Program-made: the position numbers and the translations under genes
Notes under the pieces: generated by a model
The model's database searches: none
What the model was told of the DNA's origin: nothing
What the model saw: the letters and a program-made list of their open reading frames with translations, nothing else
Source of the DNA: a virus
Length of the DNA stretch: 64,000 nt
Direction: 5' to 3' (one strand)
IMG/VR virus record: IMGVR_UViG_3300028534_000028
Coordinates: 1,124 to 65,123 of that record
Shown: positions 10,379 through 19,811 of the stretch, in pieces
Layout of the letters: every line of letters begins with the position of its first letter
How positions within the stretch are numbered: the stretch's first letter is position 1

Positions 10379-11278
10379 ATGAGTCGATACGGGAGGAGAA
10401 AAAAAACAACTATTGAAACCATATTGGATTTTAAAAAAGTCCATTCTAATAAATACAACTATTCGAAGGTTAATTATAGCAATTCTAGAACCAAAGTGGA
10501 AATTATTTGTCCCGAACATGGTAGTTTTTGGAAAACTCCAGAACTACATTTATCTGGATATGGGTGTAATAAATGCAATAAAAAAAATCATTTAAAAACT
10601 AAAAATATATTAATTGATTTTAAAAAAGTCCATTCTAATAAATACAACTATTCGAAGGTTAAGTATACCGATTCTAGAACTAAAATAATTATCATATGTC
10701 CAAAACATGGAGAATTTTTACAGACTCCAGAAATACATAAAACTGGAAATGGTTGTCCAAAATGCTCTTTAAAAATAAAACCCGTTGATAAACATTTAAA
10801 TGATTTTAAAAAAAATCATTCTAATAAATATAATTATTCAAAAGTTAAATACATCTCACCACATTATAAAATAGAAATCATTTGTCCAGAACATGGAAGT
10901 TTTTTTCAGACTCCGGCCAATCATAAACGTGGTCATGGTTGTCCAATTTGTGCTCAAGAAAATTCGGAATCCAAAGGCGAAAGAAGAGTTAGAGAATTTC
11001 TAGAATCTAACAATATATCTTTTAAACAAGAAGTTAAACTCTTCGAGAATTATAGATTTGATTTTTATCTAGAAGAATTAAATACAGTTATTGAGTACGA
11101 TGGAAAACAACATTTTGAACCAGTCGGATATTTTGGTGGTTTAGAAGGATTAAAGAAGACTCAAGAACGGGATAAAATTAAAGAAGATTATTGTTTAAAA
11201 AACGATATAAGACTTATTCGAATTAAATATTCTGAAGACGTAGAAGAAGTCTTAAAAAGTTTTTTAAAAAATATTTAA
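10379..11278 (+). CDS. homing-type endonuclease with three DUF723-like Zn-ribbon repeats and C-terminal PD-(D/E)XK domain
   Basis: 3x KK(V/N)HSNKYNYSKV..ICP.HG.F..TP..H..G.GC..C; RFDFYLEELNTVIEYDGKQHF; ATG with SD GGAG. Confidence 0.85.
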   Translation: MSRYGRRKKTTIETILDFKKVHSNKYNYSKVNYSNSRTKVEIICPEHGSFWKTPELHLSGYGCNKCNKKNHLKTKNILIDFKKVHSNKYNYSKVKYTDSRTKIIIICPKHGEFLQTPEIHKTGNGCPKCSLKIKPVDKHLNDFKKNHSNKYNYSKVKYISPHYKIEIICPEHGSFFQTPANHKRGHGCPICAQENSESKGERRVREFLESNNISFKQEVKLFENYRFDFYLEELNTVIEYDGKQHFEPVGYFGGLEGLKKTQERDKIKEDYCLKNDIRLIRIKYSEDVEEVLKSFLKNI

Positions 11279-11301
11279 AGATTGGGGAATTCTCCAATCT
11301 T
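11278..11301 (+). terminator. hairpin after endonuclease gene
   Basis: AAGATTGGGG-AATT-CTCCAATCTT, 10-bp stem with one G-U pair. Confidence 0.5.
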
Positions 11302-11326
11302 ATTTAAATAAAAAAAGGATATATAC

Positions 11327-11746
11327 ATGAGAGCAAAAATACTTAAACAACAGAAACACAAAAAAGAATTATCTACATCGTCATTTAAAACTAATGATTT
11401 TACGTTCATTGCCTATAAATTACCATATCAGGGATATGAAATAGATAACGATTATGGTATTAACTTTAATATTGCTTACTTAGGAACATATGATAATATA
11501 TACGAATTGGCTTTGAAAATAGTTACCTCCGAAGAGCCAGATTCTGAATTTGAAAATAATTTAATATCTTATATAGATAGTTATGATTCGTTATCTGATT
11601 TGGGAGAAGAATTAAGATTTGATAATTTAGAAAATCTTATTAAAACTCACAACTTAACCTTAATTATGGGAATAATTGGGGCCGGTTTAGATTGCGAGGT
11701 TGTCGGTGTACCACAATGGACAAGATTTGAAATAGATAAAGGATAA
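11327..11746 (+). CDS. hypothetical protein
   Basis: 139 aa, SD AAGGA. Confidence 0.6.
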   Translation: MRAKILKQQKHKKELSTSSFKTNDFTFIAYKLPYQGYEIDNDYGINFNIAYLGTYDNIYELALKIVTSEEPDSEFENNLISYIDSYDSLSDLGEELRFDNLENLIKTHNLTLIMGIIGAGLDCEVVGVPQWTRFEIDKG

Positions 11747-11748
11747 CT

Positions 11749-12180
11749 ATGAAAAAGATATGTTTAATATCATGTGTTAAAAGTAAACGTGAAGGCCCTT
11801 GTAAAGCAGGTGAATTATACTGCGGTCAGTTATATACGGGACATTTAAAATACGCTAAGAGTCTTGGTTTTAAGGATAATGAAATTTACATATTAAGTGC
11901 TAAACACGGCTTATTATCATTCACCGATGTTATAGAACCGTATGAGAAAACTCTTAACAATATGAAAAAACCAGAACGTAATAAATGGGCAAGAAATACC
12001 TTAGAACAGCTTAAAAGTAAATTCGATATTAATAATACCGAATTTACGATTCTTGCTGGTAAAAATTACTACGAAAATTTAGAACCATTTTTACCAAACG
12101 TTAATTTGCCAAAAGAGTTGAAAGGTTTACCTATTGGAAAAAGAGTTCAGATGTTAAATAGTTTGGTTAAATCAAGATAA
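11749..12180 (+). CDS. DUF6884 / YaaA-like fold protein
   Basis: LISCVKSK...AGELY.G.LY...YILSAKHGLL...IEPYEKTL...LAGKNY...GLPIGKR. Confidence 0.7.
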   Translation: MKKICLISCVKSKREGPCKAGELYCGQLYTGHLKYAKSLGFKDNEIYILSAKHGLLSFTDVIEPYEKTLNNMKKPERNKWARNTLEQLKSKFDINNTEFTILAGKNYYENLEPFLPNVNLPKELKGLPIGKRVQMLNSLVKSR

Positions 12181-12210
12181 CTATTGATAGTTATCTCTAT
12201 TGGAGATGAG

Positions 12211-12558
12211 ATGAAAAATTCAAAAAAAAATGTTAAACGAGTAATTCAAAAATATATTTATAATAGGAATAGAAATCATTATTTAAAATGGAAATTGGAT
12301 AATGCCAACGATTGGAGTATTCGATTTTTTTTTAATTTTGATTCTCGTCCTCAATATAATATGGAATGGGTTTTAAAATCTCATAAAGAAAAACATTATA
12401 TAATTTTAACCAAAGCCGAAGCAATCGAATATATTTATGAATTTGCTAAGCGTTTAGAACCAGAAGAGATTTTTGCTTTAACTGAGTTTGGTTCAGGTTA
12501 TAGAAAATTAAGTGTTCATCCAAAAGGAACGAGCACGTACTTAGATAAGATGATATAG
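12211..12558 (+). CDS. hypothetical protein
   Basis: ATG with SD GGAG inside track ORF 12184. Confidence 0.55.
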   Translation: MKNSKKNVKRVIQKYIYNRNRNHYLKWKLDNANDWSIRFFFNFDSRPQYNMEWVLKSHKEKHYIILTKAEAIEYIYEFAKRLEPEEIFALTEFGSGYRKLSVHPKGTSTYLDKMI

Positions 12559-12595
12559 ATATTAACTATATTAATTAAATAATTAAAGGAAAAAT

Positions 12596-12835
12596 ATGGA
12601 AAATGATATAGATCAAGAAATACAGACTATTAAAAACGAAGTTCAGACATTAAATGCTCAAAAACTTGAAATAGAAAAGCAAATTATTATTCAAGATGAA
12701 AGAATTCGTTCTTTAAAAGAGCAATTATTAGCCGAATATGGTACTGATGATGAAGCCGAACTTTTAAAAATAAAAGAGAATCTTGAAAAAGAAATTCAAG
12801 AACTTAAGGAAAAGATTAATGTGGAAACGACTTAA
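12596..12835 (+). CDS. small coiled-coil protein
   Basis: 79 aa heptad-rich sequence. Confidence 0.65.
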   Translation: MENDIDQEIQTIKNEVQTLNAQKLEIEKQIIIQDERIRSLKEQLLAEYGTDDEAELLKIKENLEKEIQELKEKINVETT

Positions 12836-12898
12836 AGAAAAAGTTTTATTTAATTGGTATACTTTTAAATGGAATCTTAAACACATAAAGGAGCTTTA

Positions 12899-14875
12899 AT
12901 GAAAAAAAATAGAGTAAAAATACTTTCCGAAAAAACGCACGCCTTAAAACGAGCTGGTCGTTATTTAGGACAAATTACCCCTGCCGAAATTAATCGTTAT
13001 AGTATTTTCAATATTGATTCAAATGATTATATTTGGTATGATAAAATTGGATATGTTCCGGCAGTTCTTAAAATTTTTAGAGAGTTTTTAGATAATAGTA
13101 TAGATGAAGCCATTCGTACTAACTATAAATTCGCTAATAAAATAGAAGTAAATGTATATGCCGATCATTTAAGTATTAAAGATAATGGTAGAGGTATTCC
13201 TATTGTCCCAGCAGTAAATGAACATGGAGAAGAAATAGAAATTATGATGCCAGAAGCAGCTTGGGTAAATTTAAGAGCCGGTTCAAATTTTGACGACGAA
13301 GCTGATAATACAAGTATTGGTCAAAATGGAGAAGGTGCTTCTCTTGGAGTTTTCTTTGCTAAAAAATTTATTGGGGAAACTAGAGACGGTGAAAATATTT
13401 TTACAATTATTACTGAGAATAATGTCGAAACTAAAGAAATTGAGATAAAGAAGAAAAAACTATCTGGAGCTAAACGAGGTACAGATATAAAATTTTATCC
13501 AGATAAGGAAAAATTAAATTTAGGATCAGATGTTAATTTAGATGATGAATATTCATCTTTAATTAAATACGAACTACTATTTTTAAGTATGACTTATCCG
13601 GAAATTACTTTTAAAATTAATGGAGAAACTTTAAAAATTAAATCTTTTAAAGATATTAAACCATATTTTAATTATCCAAATGAATTGTTAAACGATAAAC
13701 GATTTGATTTCCAGTACTTCGAAACTGAAAATTTAGTTATTGGTATTGGTAATTCATTAAATAATGGATACACCAATATTCATTTTGTAAATGGTATTAA
13801 TGTTTATAATGGTGGAGATGTTTTAGAATGGGCTGAAAAAAGAGTTATCCAACCATTTGTTGAAAAAATTCAAAAAAAATATAAAAATATAAAAGCAGCC
13901 GATATAAAAAATCATTTAACGTTTATGGTTCTTGTTAAAAATATTCCAAATCCTAGATTTGGTGATCAAATCAAATCAGTTTGTATTAATACGGCTTCTC
14001 AATTTCCAGAAATTGCTAAAGAACTTTTAGATAAAGCAATGATCGATAAATTCATAAACAAACTTTATAAAAATAAAGTTATTATGGAACCGATTATTGA
14101 TATTTATAAAGCTACTCAAATCATGCTTGAAAATAAAAAAGCTAAAACTGCTCAAAAATCTAAAAAGACTCCAGCAAAATATTGGCCAGCTACGAAAAAA
14201 AAGAAAAGGTTATTTTTATCCGAAGGTGATTCTGCAATTAATCCTCTTATTTCCGAACTTGGTAGAGAGGAAAATGGTTTCTTTCCACTCAAGGGTAAGA
14301 TGATAAATTGTATGAAAAAAAGTTTAGCACTTGTTGTAAAAAATGATGAAGTTCTTGAACTTGCTGATATTCTTGGGATTGATCTTACTAAAGATAATAA
14401 TGGAGACGAAACACATCCATTAAATTACGAAGAGATTGTTATTGGATCGGATGCTGATGTTGATGGTTCACATATTGCTCTTTTAGTACTAGCGTTCTTT
14501 GCTAAATTTGCTCCAGCGTATTTAGAAAAATTAAGAATTTATAGATTTTTAACTCCAGTTCTAATTGCACTTAAAAATGAAAAACCTGTAAAAATGTTTT
14601 TTAAATTTGAGGATTATTTAGAATACGATTCCAATAAACCAGCTGGGGTATCATACTTCTATGCTAAAGGTCTTGGTTCGTTATCGGAAGAGCATTGGGA
14701 AGAATTGTTTAAAAAACATACCTTAGATGAGTTATGTCAACCATTAACTTTTGAAGGTTCTAGTGATATCGCTTTAGAAAAATTAGAATTTGATCAATGG
14801 TTAGGGGACGATACCAATTTCCGTAAAACAAAAGTACTTGAACTTTTATCGGATTTTGATTTAGATAAAACTTAG
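12899..14875 (+). CDS. type IIA topoisomerase ATPase/TOPRIM subunit (GyrB/ParE, T4 gp39+60-like)
   Basis: EFLDNSIDE, DNGRGIP, GSNF, GQNGEG, SEGDSA, PLKGK, DADVDG, KGLGS. Confidence 0.95.
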   Translation: MKKNRVKILSEKTHALKRAGRYLGQITPAEINRYSIFNIDSNDYIWYDKIGYVPAVLKIFREFLDNSIDEAIRTNYKFANKIEVNVYADHLSIKDNGRGIPIVPAVNEHGEEIEIMMPEAAWVNLRAGSNFDDEADNTSIGQNGEGASLGVFFAKKFIGETRDGENIFTIITENNVETKEIEIKKKKLSGAKRGTDIKFYPDKEKLNLGSDVNLDDEYSSLIKYELLFLSMTYPEITFKINGETLKIKSFKDIKPYFNYPNELLNDKRFDFQYFETENLVIGIGNSLNNGYTNIHFVNGINVYNGGDVLEWAEKRVIQPFVEKIQKKYKNIKAADIKNHLTFMVLVKNIPNPRFGDQIKSVCINTASQFPEIAKELLDKAMIDKFINKLYKNKVIMEPIIDIYKATQIMLENKKAKTAQKSKKTPAKYWPATKKKKRLFLSEGDSAINPLISELGREENGFFPLKGKMINCMKKSLALVVKNDEVLELADILGIDLTKDNNGDETHPLNYEEIVIGSDADVDGSHIALLVLAFFAKFAPAYLEKLRIYRFLTPVLIALKNEKPVKMFFKFEDYLEYDSNKPAGVSYFYAKGLGSLSEEHWEELFKKHTLDELCQPLTFEGSSDIALEKLEFDQWLGDDTNFRKTKVLELLSDFDLDKT

Positions 14876-14883
14876 GAAGAATT

Positions 14884-15291
14884 ATGATAGGTAATTCTCT
14901 TAGACAAAAAAAAATTAAAATTCCTATTAAAGTAGATCCAAAAAAAGAATATATGCTTTTACATATATTAAATAGTGATCAATTTCCAATGTATTTTGAA
15001 TTAGATGCAAATTATTTAAATTTATTATATACTCAAACCAAAGATCCCCATATAGAAACTTTATTACAATATGCAGAAGAATATGGTTATTTTGAAATAA
15101 AAACTCAAATGACTTTAATTACAGAATCTAATATTATCGAAGTAAATAAAAGCGGAGATTTTTTTCAAATATATCACGATCATCTTCATTGGAATTTTTT
15201 TAGTATTAAAAATATAATTCCTGGGAATGATAAAAAAGCTATTAATGAGTTACTTGGTATAGAGGAATTAAAAATTAGATTCGAGGAATAA
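14884..15291 (+). CDS. hypothetical protein
   Basis: 135 aa, between the topoisomerase subunits. Confidence 0.6.
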   Translation: MIGNSLRQKKIKIPIKVDPKKEYMLLHILNSDQFPMYFELDANYLNLLYTQTKDPHIETLLQYAEEYGYFEIKTQMTLITESNIIEVNKSGDFFQIYHDHLHWNFFSIKNIIPGNDKKAINELLGIEELKIRFEE

Positions 15292-15293
15292 GT

Positions 15294-15629
15294 ATGGAAT
15301 CGAAGGAAATTGATAAAATAATTTACGACGATAAAAATTATCCAATTATTATAGAATTAGATATTCATGAAATATTGTTAAATAGTTATTCTAGTGATCC
15401 AGATATGTATCTCTTAGCTCAGGATTTACCAAGCGAATTTTATTATAATACTAAAGATGATTTTTTTAAGATTATGAGATTAAGTATAGATGCTATTGGA
15501 AATAATTGCGTTGAGTTTATTCCGGAAATTAATTCACCATTTGATATAGTTATTCAACCGTGGATGATAAAAAAAATAAATATAAAAAAATCGAAAATAA
15601 TACAACCCATAAAAATTAACTTCGAATAA
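15294..15629 (+). CDS. hypothetical protein
   Basis: 111 aa, between the topoisomerase subunits. Confidence 0.6.
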   Translation: MESKEIDKIIYDDKNYPIIIELDIHEILLNSYSSDPDMYLLAQDLPSEFYYNTKDDFFKIMRLSIDAIGNNCVEFIPEINSPFDIVIQPWMIKKINIKKSKIIQPIKINFE

Positions 15630-15638
15630 AGGAGAAGT

Positions 15639-17036
15639 ATGTCAAATTTAAAAATGAAAGTATTTTTAGATGATGCCGTCGCAACTTACGCGGTTTATAA
15701 AGTAGTCCAACAGATCCCAGGATTTATAGATACTTTATCTCAAACTCAAAGAAAAATATTATACGTCATGAGCGAGGTTCCGGGTAAAAAAGTAAAGACT
15801 GCGGAAACTTTTACAATGATATATAATAAGACTAAGTATAGACATGGTGACGTTTCTGTATATACAACTGCTGAAAATTTAGCAGCTGATTATAATAACG
15901 GAATTTCTTTGCTAAAACCAGAAGGTACTTTTGGTTCGAGAACGGTTAAGAAAGCCTCTAGTCCAAGATACACTAGTGTAGTTTTTGGACAAAGTTCTCA
16001 AGGTATTTTTAATAAAAGAGATTATCCATTGATGGAAAAACAATATACCGAAGGTAAGCAAATTGAACCATATAATATGCTACCTATTGTACCACTTGGT
16101 TTAATTAATGGAGCCGATGGTATTGGTCTTGGTTTCAGTTGTAAAATATTTCAACGTAATCCAAATCAAATTATTGATATAATTATTGATATTTTATCCG
16201 GTAAACGTAAAAATATCCCAGCTAGTATAAAACCAGATTTTCCATTCTTTAATGGCAGTATTGAAAAAGGAGAAGGTAATTCGCAATTTGTAATGACTGG
16301 AGTTTTTAAAAAACTTCCAAGAAATACAATCGAAATTACAGAACTACCTGTTTCTATGGACAGAGAGAAATATATAAAATTTCTTGATACTTTACGGGAT
16401 GCTAAAAAGATTAGATCTTTTACAGATGAATGTAAAAAGAATACTTTTTACTTTAAGGTAAAAGTAGATCCAGAAATTTATAATTTAAACGATTCTAAAT
16501 TAATAGATTTATTTAAATTAAAAGAAACAATGTCCGATTCAATTACTTTATTACATAGAGAAGATGGTAAATATAATATTCTTACTTTTAATTCTGTATC
16601 TGAATTTTTAAAGGCTTGGATTATCGAAAGATTTAAATATTATAATCTTAGAAAAGAGTATGAATTAAGACATGCCGAAAATAGATTATTATTAGCTAAT
16701 GAAAAGATTAGATTTATCTATTGTATTTTAGATGGAAAAATTGTTGTAAATAGAAGATCTAAAGCCGATATAGAAAAGCAAATTATAGACAATGGTTTTA
16801 AACCGATGTCTAATGATTCGCAAAGTTCCGAGGAAGATAAAAGTTTTAGGTATTTGCTAAATATGCCGATATATAATTTAAGTTTAGAACAGATTGAAGT
16901 TCTTAAAAAACAGAAGGGGGATATTGAAAAAGAGATTAGCGAATTTAGTTCTTTGTCTCCAGCCGATATATGGATAGACGAATTAAAAGGTTTAAAAAAG
17001 ATTATTTCAAAAGAGCAAAAGTTAAAAGAACTTTAA
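15639..17036 (+). CDS. type IIA topoisomerase breakage-reunion subunit (GyrA/ParC, T4 gp52-like)
   Basis: SQTQRKILY, YRHGD, G.FGSR, SPRYT catalytic Tyr, PLGLING.DGIG.GF. Confidence 0.95.
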   Translation: MSNLKMKVFLDDAVATYAVYKVVQQIPGFIDTLSQTQRKILYVMSEVPGKKVKTAETFTMIYNKTKYRHGDVSVYTTAENLAADYNNGISLLKPEGTFGSRTVKKASSPRYTSVVFGQSSQGIFNKRDYPLMEKQYTEGKQIEPYNMLPIVPLGLINGADGIGLGFSCKIFQRNPNQIIDIIIDILSGKRKNIPASIKPDFPFFNGSIEKGEGNSQFVMTGVFKKLPRNTIEITELPVSMDREKYIKFLDTLRDAKKIRSFTDECKKNTFYFKVKVDPEIYNLNDSKLIDLFKLKETMSDSITLLHREDGKYNILTFNSVSEFLKAWIIERFKYYNLRKEYELRHAENRLLLANEKIRFIYCILDGKIVVNRRSKADIEKQIIDNGFKPMSNDSQSSEEDKSFRYLLNMPIYNLSLEQIEVLKKQKGDIEKEISEFSSLSPADIWIDELKGLKKIISKEQKLKEL

Positions 17037-17082
17037 AATAAGATATATATTGTATAGATATCTTATAATCGTAAGTAATATT

Positions 17083-17118
17083 AAACATCGGAAGATGTTT
17101 TAATATTATTTTTTTTTA
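17083..17118 (+). terminator. intrinsic terminator
   Basis: AAACATC-GGAA-GATGTTT with GNRA loop, followed by an A/T run containing a long T tract. Confidence 0.6.
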
Positions 17119-17143
17119 TTTAAGTGAAAAAGGAGGTTGTCCG

Positions 17144-17509
17144 ATGCAACCAAAGACCGATGTTTCTAAGGTATTAGCTAACCTTAGAAAAAAGGCAATT
17201 TCAATGGTCATTACTCCAGAGGAATATAAACAGCGACGTTTAAAAGGAAAGTTAAATGGATTTTTTTACTGTAAAAAAATTCGCAAAACTCCTTTTAATA
17301 AAGGATCTCTTTTAGGTATATCAGAACCCAAAAGAGATATGGTATATTGCTTTGCAAAGCAATATGCCTTTTATTTGTCGAAAGAATATGGACTGGTAAA
17401 AATTTTAAATTTTAAAAATGATTTAAAATTTGGCTTTAAAATTTATCATAAAAATGATGATAAATTAAATTTTGATGAAACTAATTTAGTTTTAATTAAG
17501 GAAGAATAA
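17144..17509 (+). CDS. hypothetical protein
   Basis: 121 aa, SD AAGGAGG. Confidence 0.65.
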   Translation: MQPKTDVSKVLANLRKKAISMVITPEEYKQRRLKGKLNGFFYCKKIRKTPFNKGSLLGISEPKRDMVYCFAKQYAFYLSKEYGLVKILNFKNDLKFGFKIYHKNDDKLNFDETNLVLIKEE

Positions 17510-17721
17510 TGAATGCAATTGAAATAGATGAAATTAGAAAGTGTTTTAATACACTTATTTGGTCAGGTGGTTCTGAAGCACCGGCTGAAGCTGTTTGGGC
17601 AGCAAATGATTTTATGAAGTTATTTTTAAATAAAGATGATATTATTTTATTAGATGAAGAAAGTTCTAATTGGGATGATTTTATAGAACAATTAAATCGA
17701 GTAAAGGTGAACTATGAGTAG
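17509..17721 (+). CDS. hypothetical protein
   Basis: 70 aa, coupled. Confidence 0.6.
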   Translation: MNAIEIDEIRKCFNTLIWSGGSEAPAEAVWAANDFMKLFLNKDDIILLDEESSNWDDFIEQLNRVKVNYE

Positions 17722-19810
17722 GAGAGGAAGACGTCGAAACGCTCGTAATAAAAATAAAGAGCAACAAAAAAATCAGAAAACTGTAACTGGAGAAGAGTTG
17801 GGATTTCAGAGAGGTCCTAAAGAAAAGCTTACAAAAGCACAAAAAAAAGCACAAAAAAAACAACGCAAAAAGGAAGAAAAAATGGCAGCGAGATTTAATT
17901 TAAATGGAACTAGAAAAACATGGTTTGGTGGTGGTAAACATGCCGCAGGTGGATACAAAACAATTGCAAAACCCAGTGATGGAACAGATGATAAAACATT
18001 AAATATAGTTTTATTCAAACAATCGTTTTTAAATAATTTGGCTAATCAGTGTGTTCCTGTCGCTGGTGGAGCGGAGTTTCAGGTGCATTACCGAGCATTA
18101 CAAATTATAATTACTAAGGAACGTATTGGTAGAATAGTTTATACAATACCAACTGTATTTTTTAATTTTAATCAAACCGTAACATCGGGATCGGTTGATT
18201 ATGATCTGGTTGAAGTTGACAAGATTTCTAAAGAGCTTCAACCAGAATCTATGGAAGTTGCGAATCAAATTGCTGCTTTATTCCCAAAAGCCTTTTTTGA
18301 AGGCAATGGTTTTACAGTAAGTTTTAAGGAAGATGAGGTTGGTAGTATTCATAGACACCCAGGTGATTTTTCTTTCAGTAGTATCGATTTAGATAATAAT
18401 CCGCAACATCCAGGGGTTATTTATAGACGCGGTAATGCATCCGATTTAATTCAAACGGATTCGGTAATGTATATCACTGGCTCAGCTGGCTCACAACATG
18501 TTAAATTGGTTACTACTCAAACACGTGTCGTAAACGTAAGTTTATTAAACAATGGTGAAGATGGTATTAAAGGTTCTTATAATAGAGCAAAAACTGTAGC
18601 TCTTATTCTTAAAGATACTGATACCGCCGAAACTATTCAGCAAAAAATTAGTATTGATTTCAATGCCTTTTTTAACGAAAACGAAGTTCAGGAAATAACC
18701 ACCCCTGGTATGGATACCGTTAAAGAAGATTTTCTTCCTAGATACGATAAAATCAAAGAGGATGAAATTCAAGAAGTTCTTGAAAATACAGCAAAAATAT
18801 TTAAATTGATTGCTGTGAAAGTTCCTGCTCCAATTACAAAAGTCGATGAAAAGCTTATCAAGTCACGAGGGTATGGAAACTATGCTGGGAGTGGATATGG
18901 ATATCAGGTTTATGGTAATAACCGTACCATTGGTAATGTTCGTCATTATGATCATGTTACTGGTACTTGGGTAGATGAAGAAGAGGAAGAGGAAAAACTT
19001 CCATTAAAATTCGATGTATTGGATTTTTTAAAATTTAAAGGTCTTGATAAAAAAGATACTAAAGTTACAGAAATCTTAGCTGATGATGTAGTTAAAGAGA
19101 TGTTTTGGATGTGTGCCGGAGAAGATGAAAAAGTAAATTTTAAATTAAATGATAAGTTGGTAATTATTGAACCAGTATCTAAAGCATCGCAACTTCTTAA
19201 AGTTACTTATGCTGGGACATCATCGTATAAAGCTAAAAGTATTTTTGAGAACAATGATGTCTCAGAAGAACTTAAAGAAGCTGGCTATATTAACGAAGAA
19301 GAAGAAGATGATATAGATTTATTAGAATATGTTGGTCTTGATGAAACCGAAATACCTACAAATACCGAATTAGCTACGGAACAACCGGAAGCAGAAGAAG
19401 CTGCTAAATCAGGAGGAATAAATTCTGGTCATACCGATGTTAAAGAATTGGAAAAATCACAAGAGCTTTTAAAAATTACAAAATTATTTGAAAAGCATGG
19501 TTTACGTATCCCAGAACGTCTTTTAAAAGATATTGGTAAAGATACTCAATGTGAGCAAATTTTTAAGAAAGCTTATCCTGGAGTTCTTTACGATAACAAT
19601 GGTCTTCTTAAAGTTTATGGAGAAGATGGTTTTAGTGAAATATTGATGATGTTACCAGTAGATACTGGTATTTTATTTTATCCAAAAACAGATACTGATT
19701 CATTTGTATATATCGCACCAATAGACGAAGGTGATACACATGGTAATGTTACATTCTGTAATAATGCGGTAGAGTTTTCCAAACAGGTTCCATTATATCA
19801 AAAGGATTAA
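17714..19810 (+). CDS. JAB/MPN (JAMM) metallopeptidase-like protein with basic N-terminus and acidic C-terminal region
   Basis: E121 (GAEFQ) plus H213-R-H215-x6-S222-xx-D225 (HRHPGDFSFSSID). Confidence 0.6.
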   Translation: MSRRGRRRNARNKNKEQQKNQKTVTGEELGFQRGPKEKLTKAQKKAQKKQRKKEEKMAARFNLNGTRKTWFGGGKHAAGGYKTIAKPSDGTDDKTLNIVLFKQSFLNNLANQCVPVAGGAEFQVHYRALQIIITKERIGRIVYTIPTVFFNFNQTVTSGSVDYDLVEVDKISKELQPESMEVANQIAALFPKAFFEGNGFTVSFKEDEVGSIHRHPGDFSFSSIDLDNNPQHPGVIYRRGNASDLIQTDSVMYITGSAGSQHVKLVTTQTRVVNVSLLNNGEDGIKGSYNRAKTVALILKDTDTAETIQQKISIDFNAFFNENEVQEITTPGMDTVKEDFLPRYDKIKEDEIQEVLENTAKIFKLIAVKVPAPITKVDEKLIKSRGYGNYAGSGYGYQVYGNNRTIGNVRHYDHVTGTWVDEEEEEEKLPLKFDVLDFLKFKGLDKKDTKVTEILADDVVKEMFWMCAGEDEKVNFKLNDKLVIIEPVSKASQLLKVTYAGTSSYKAKSIFENNDVSEELKEAGYINEEEEDDIDLLEYVGLDETEIPTNTELATEQPEAEEAAKSGGINSGHTDVKELEKSQELLKITKLFEKHGLRIPERLLKDIGKDTQCEQIFKKAYPGVLYDNNGLLKVYGEDGFSEILMMLPVDTGILFYPKTDTDSFVYIAPIDEGDTHGNVTFCNNAVEFSKQVPLYQKD

Positions 19811-19811
19811 A

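Noticed and set aside
7931-11278. Group I intron or intein within the polymerase
   Set aside because: No upstream polymerase exon in the window, no recognisable intron core by eye and no intein C/HN boundaries; a covariance search is still needed
14884-15629. Two ORFs between the topoisomerase subunits as a third subunit (T4 gp60-like)
   Set aside because: The DxDxDG and KGLGS motifs of gp60 are already within 12899-14875
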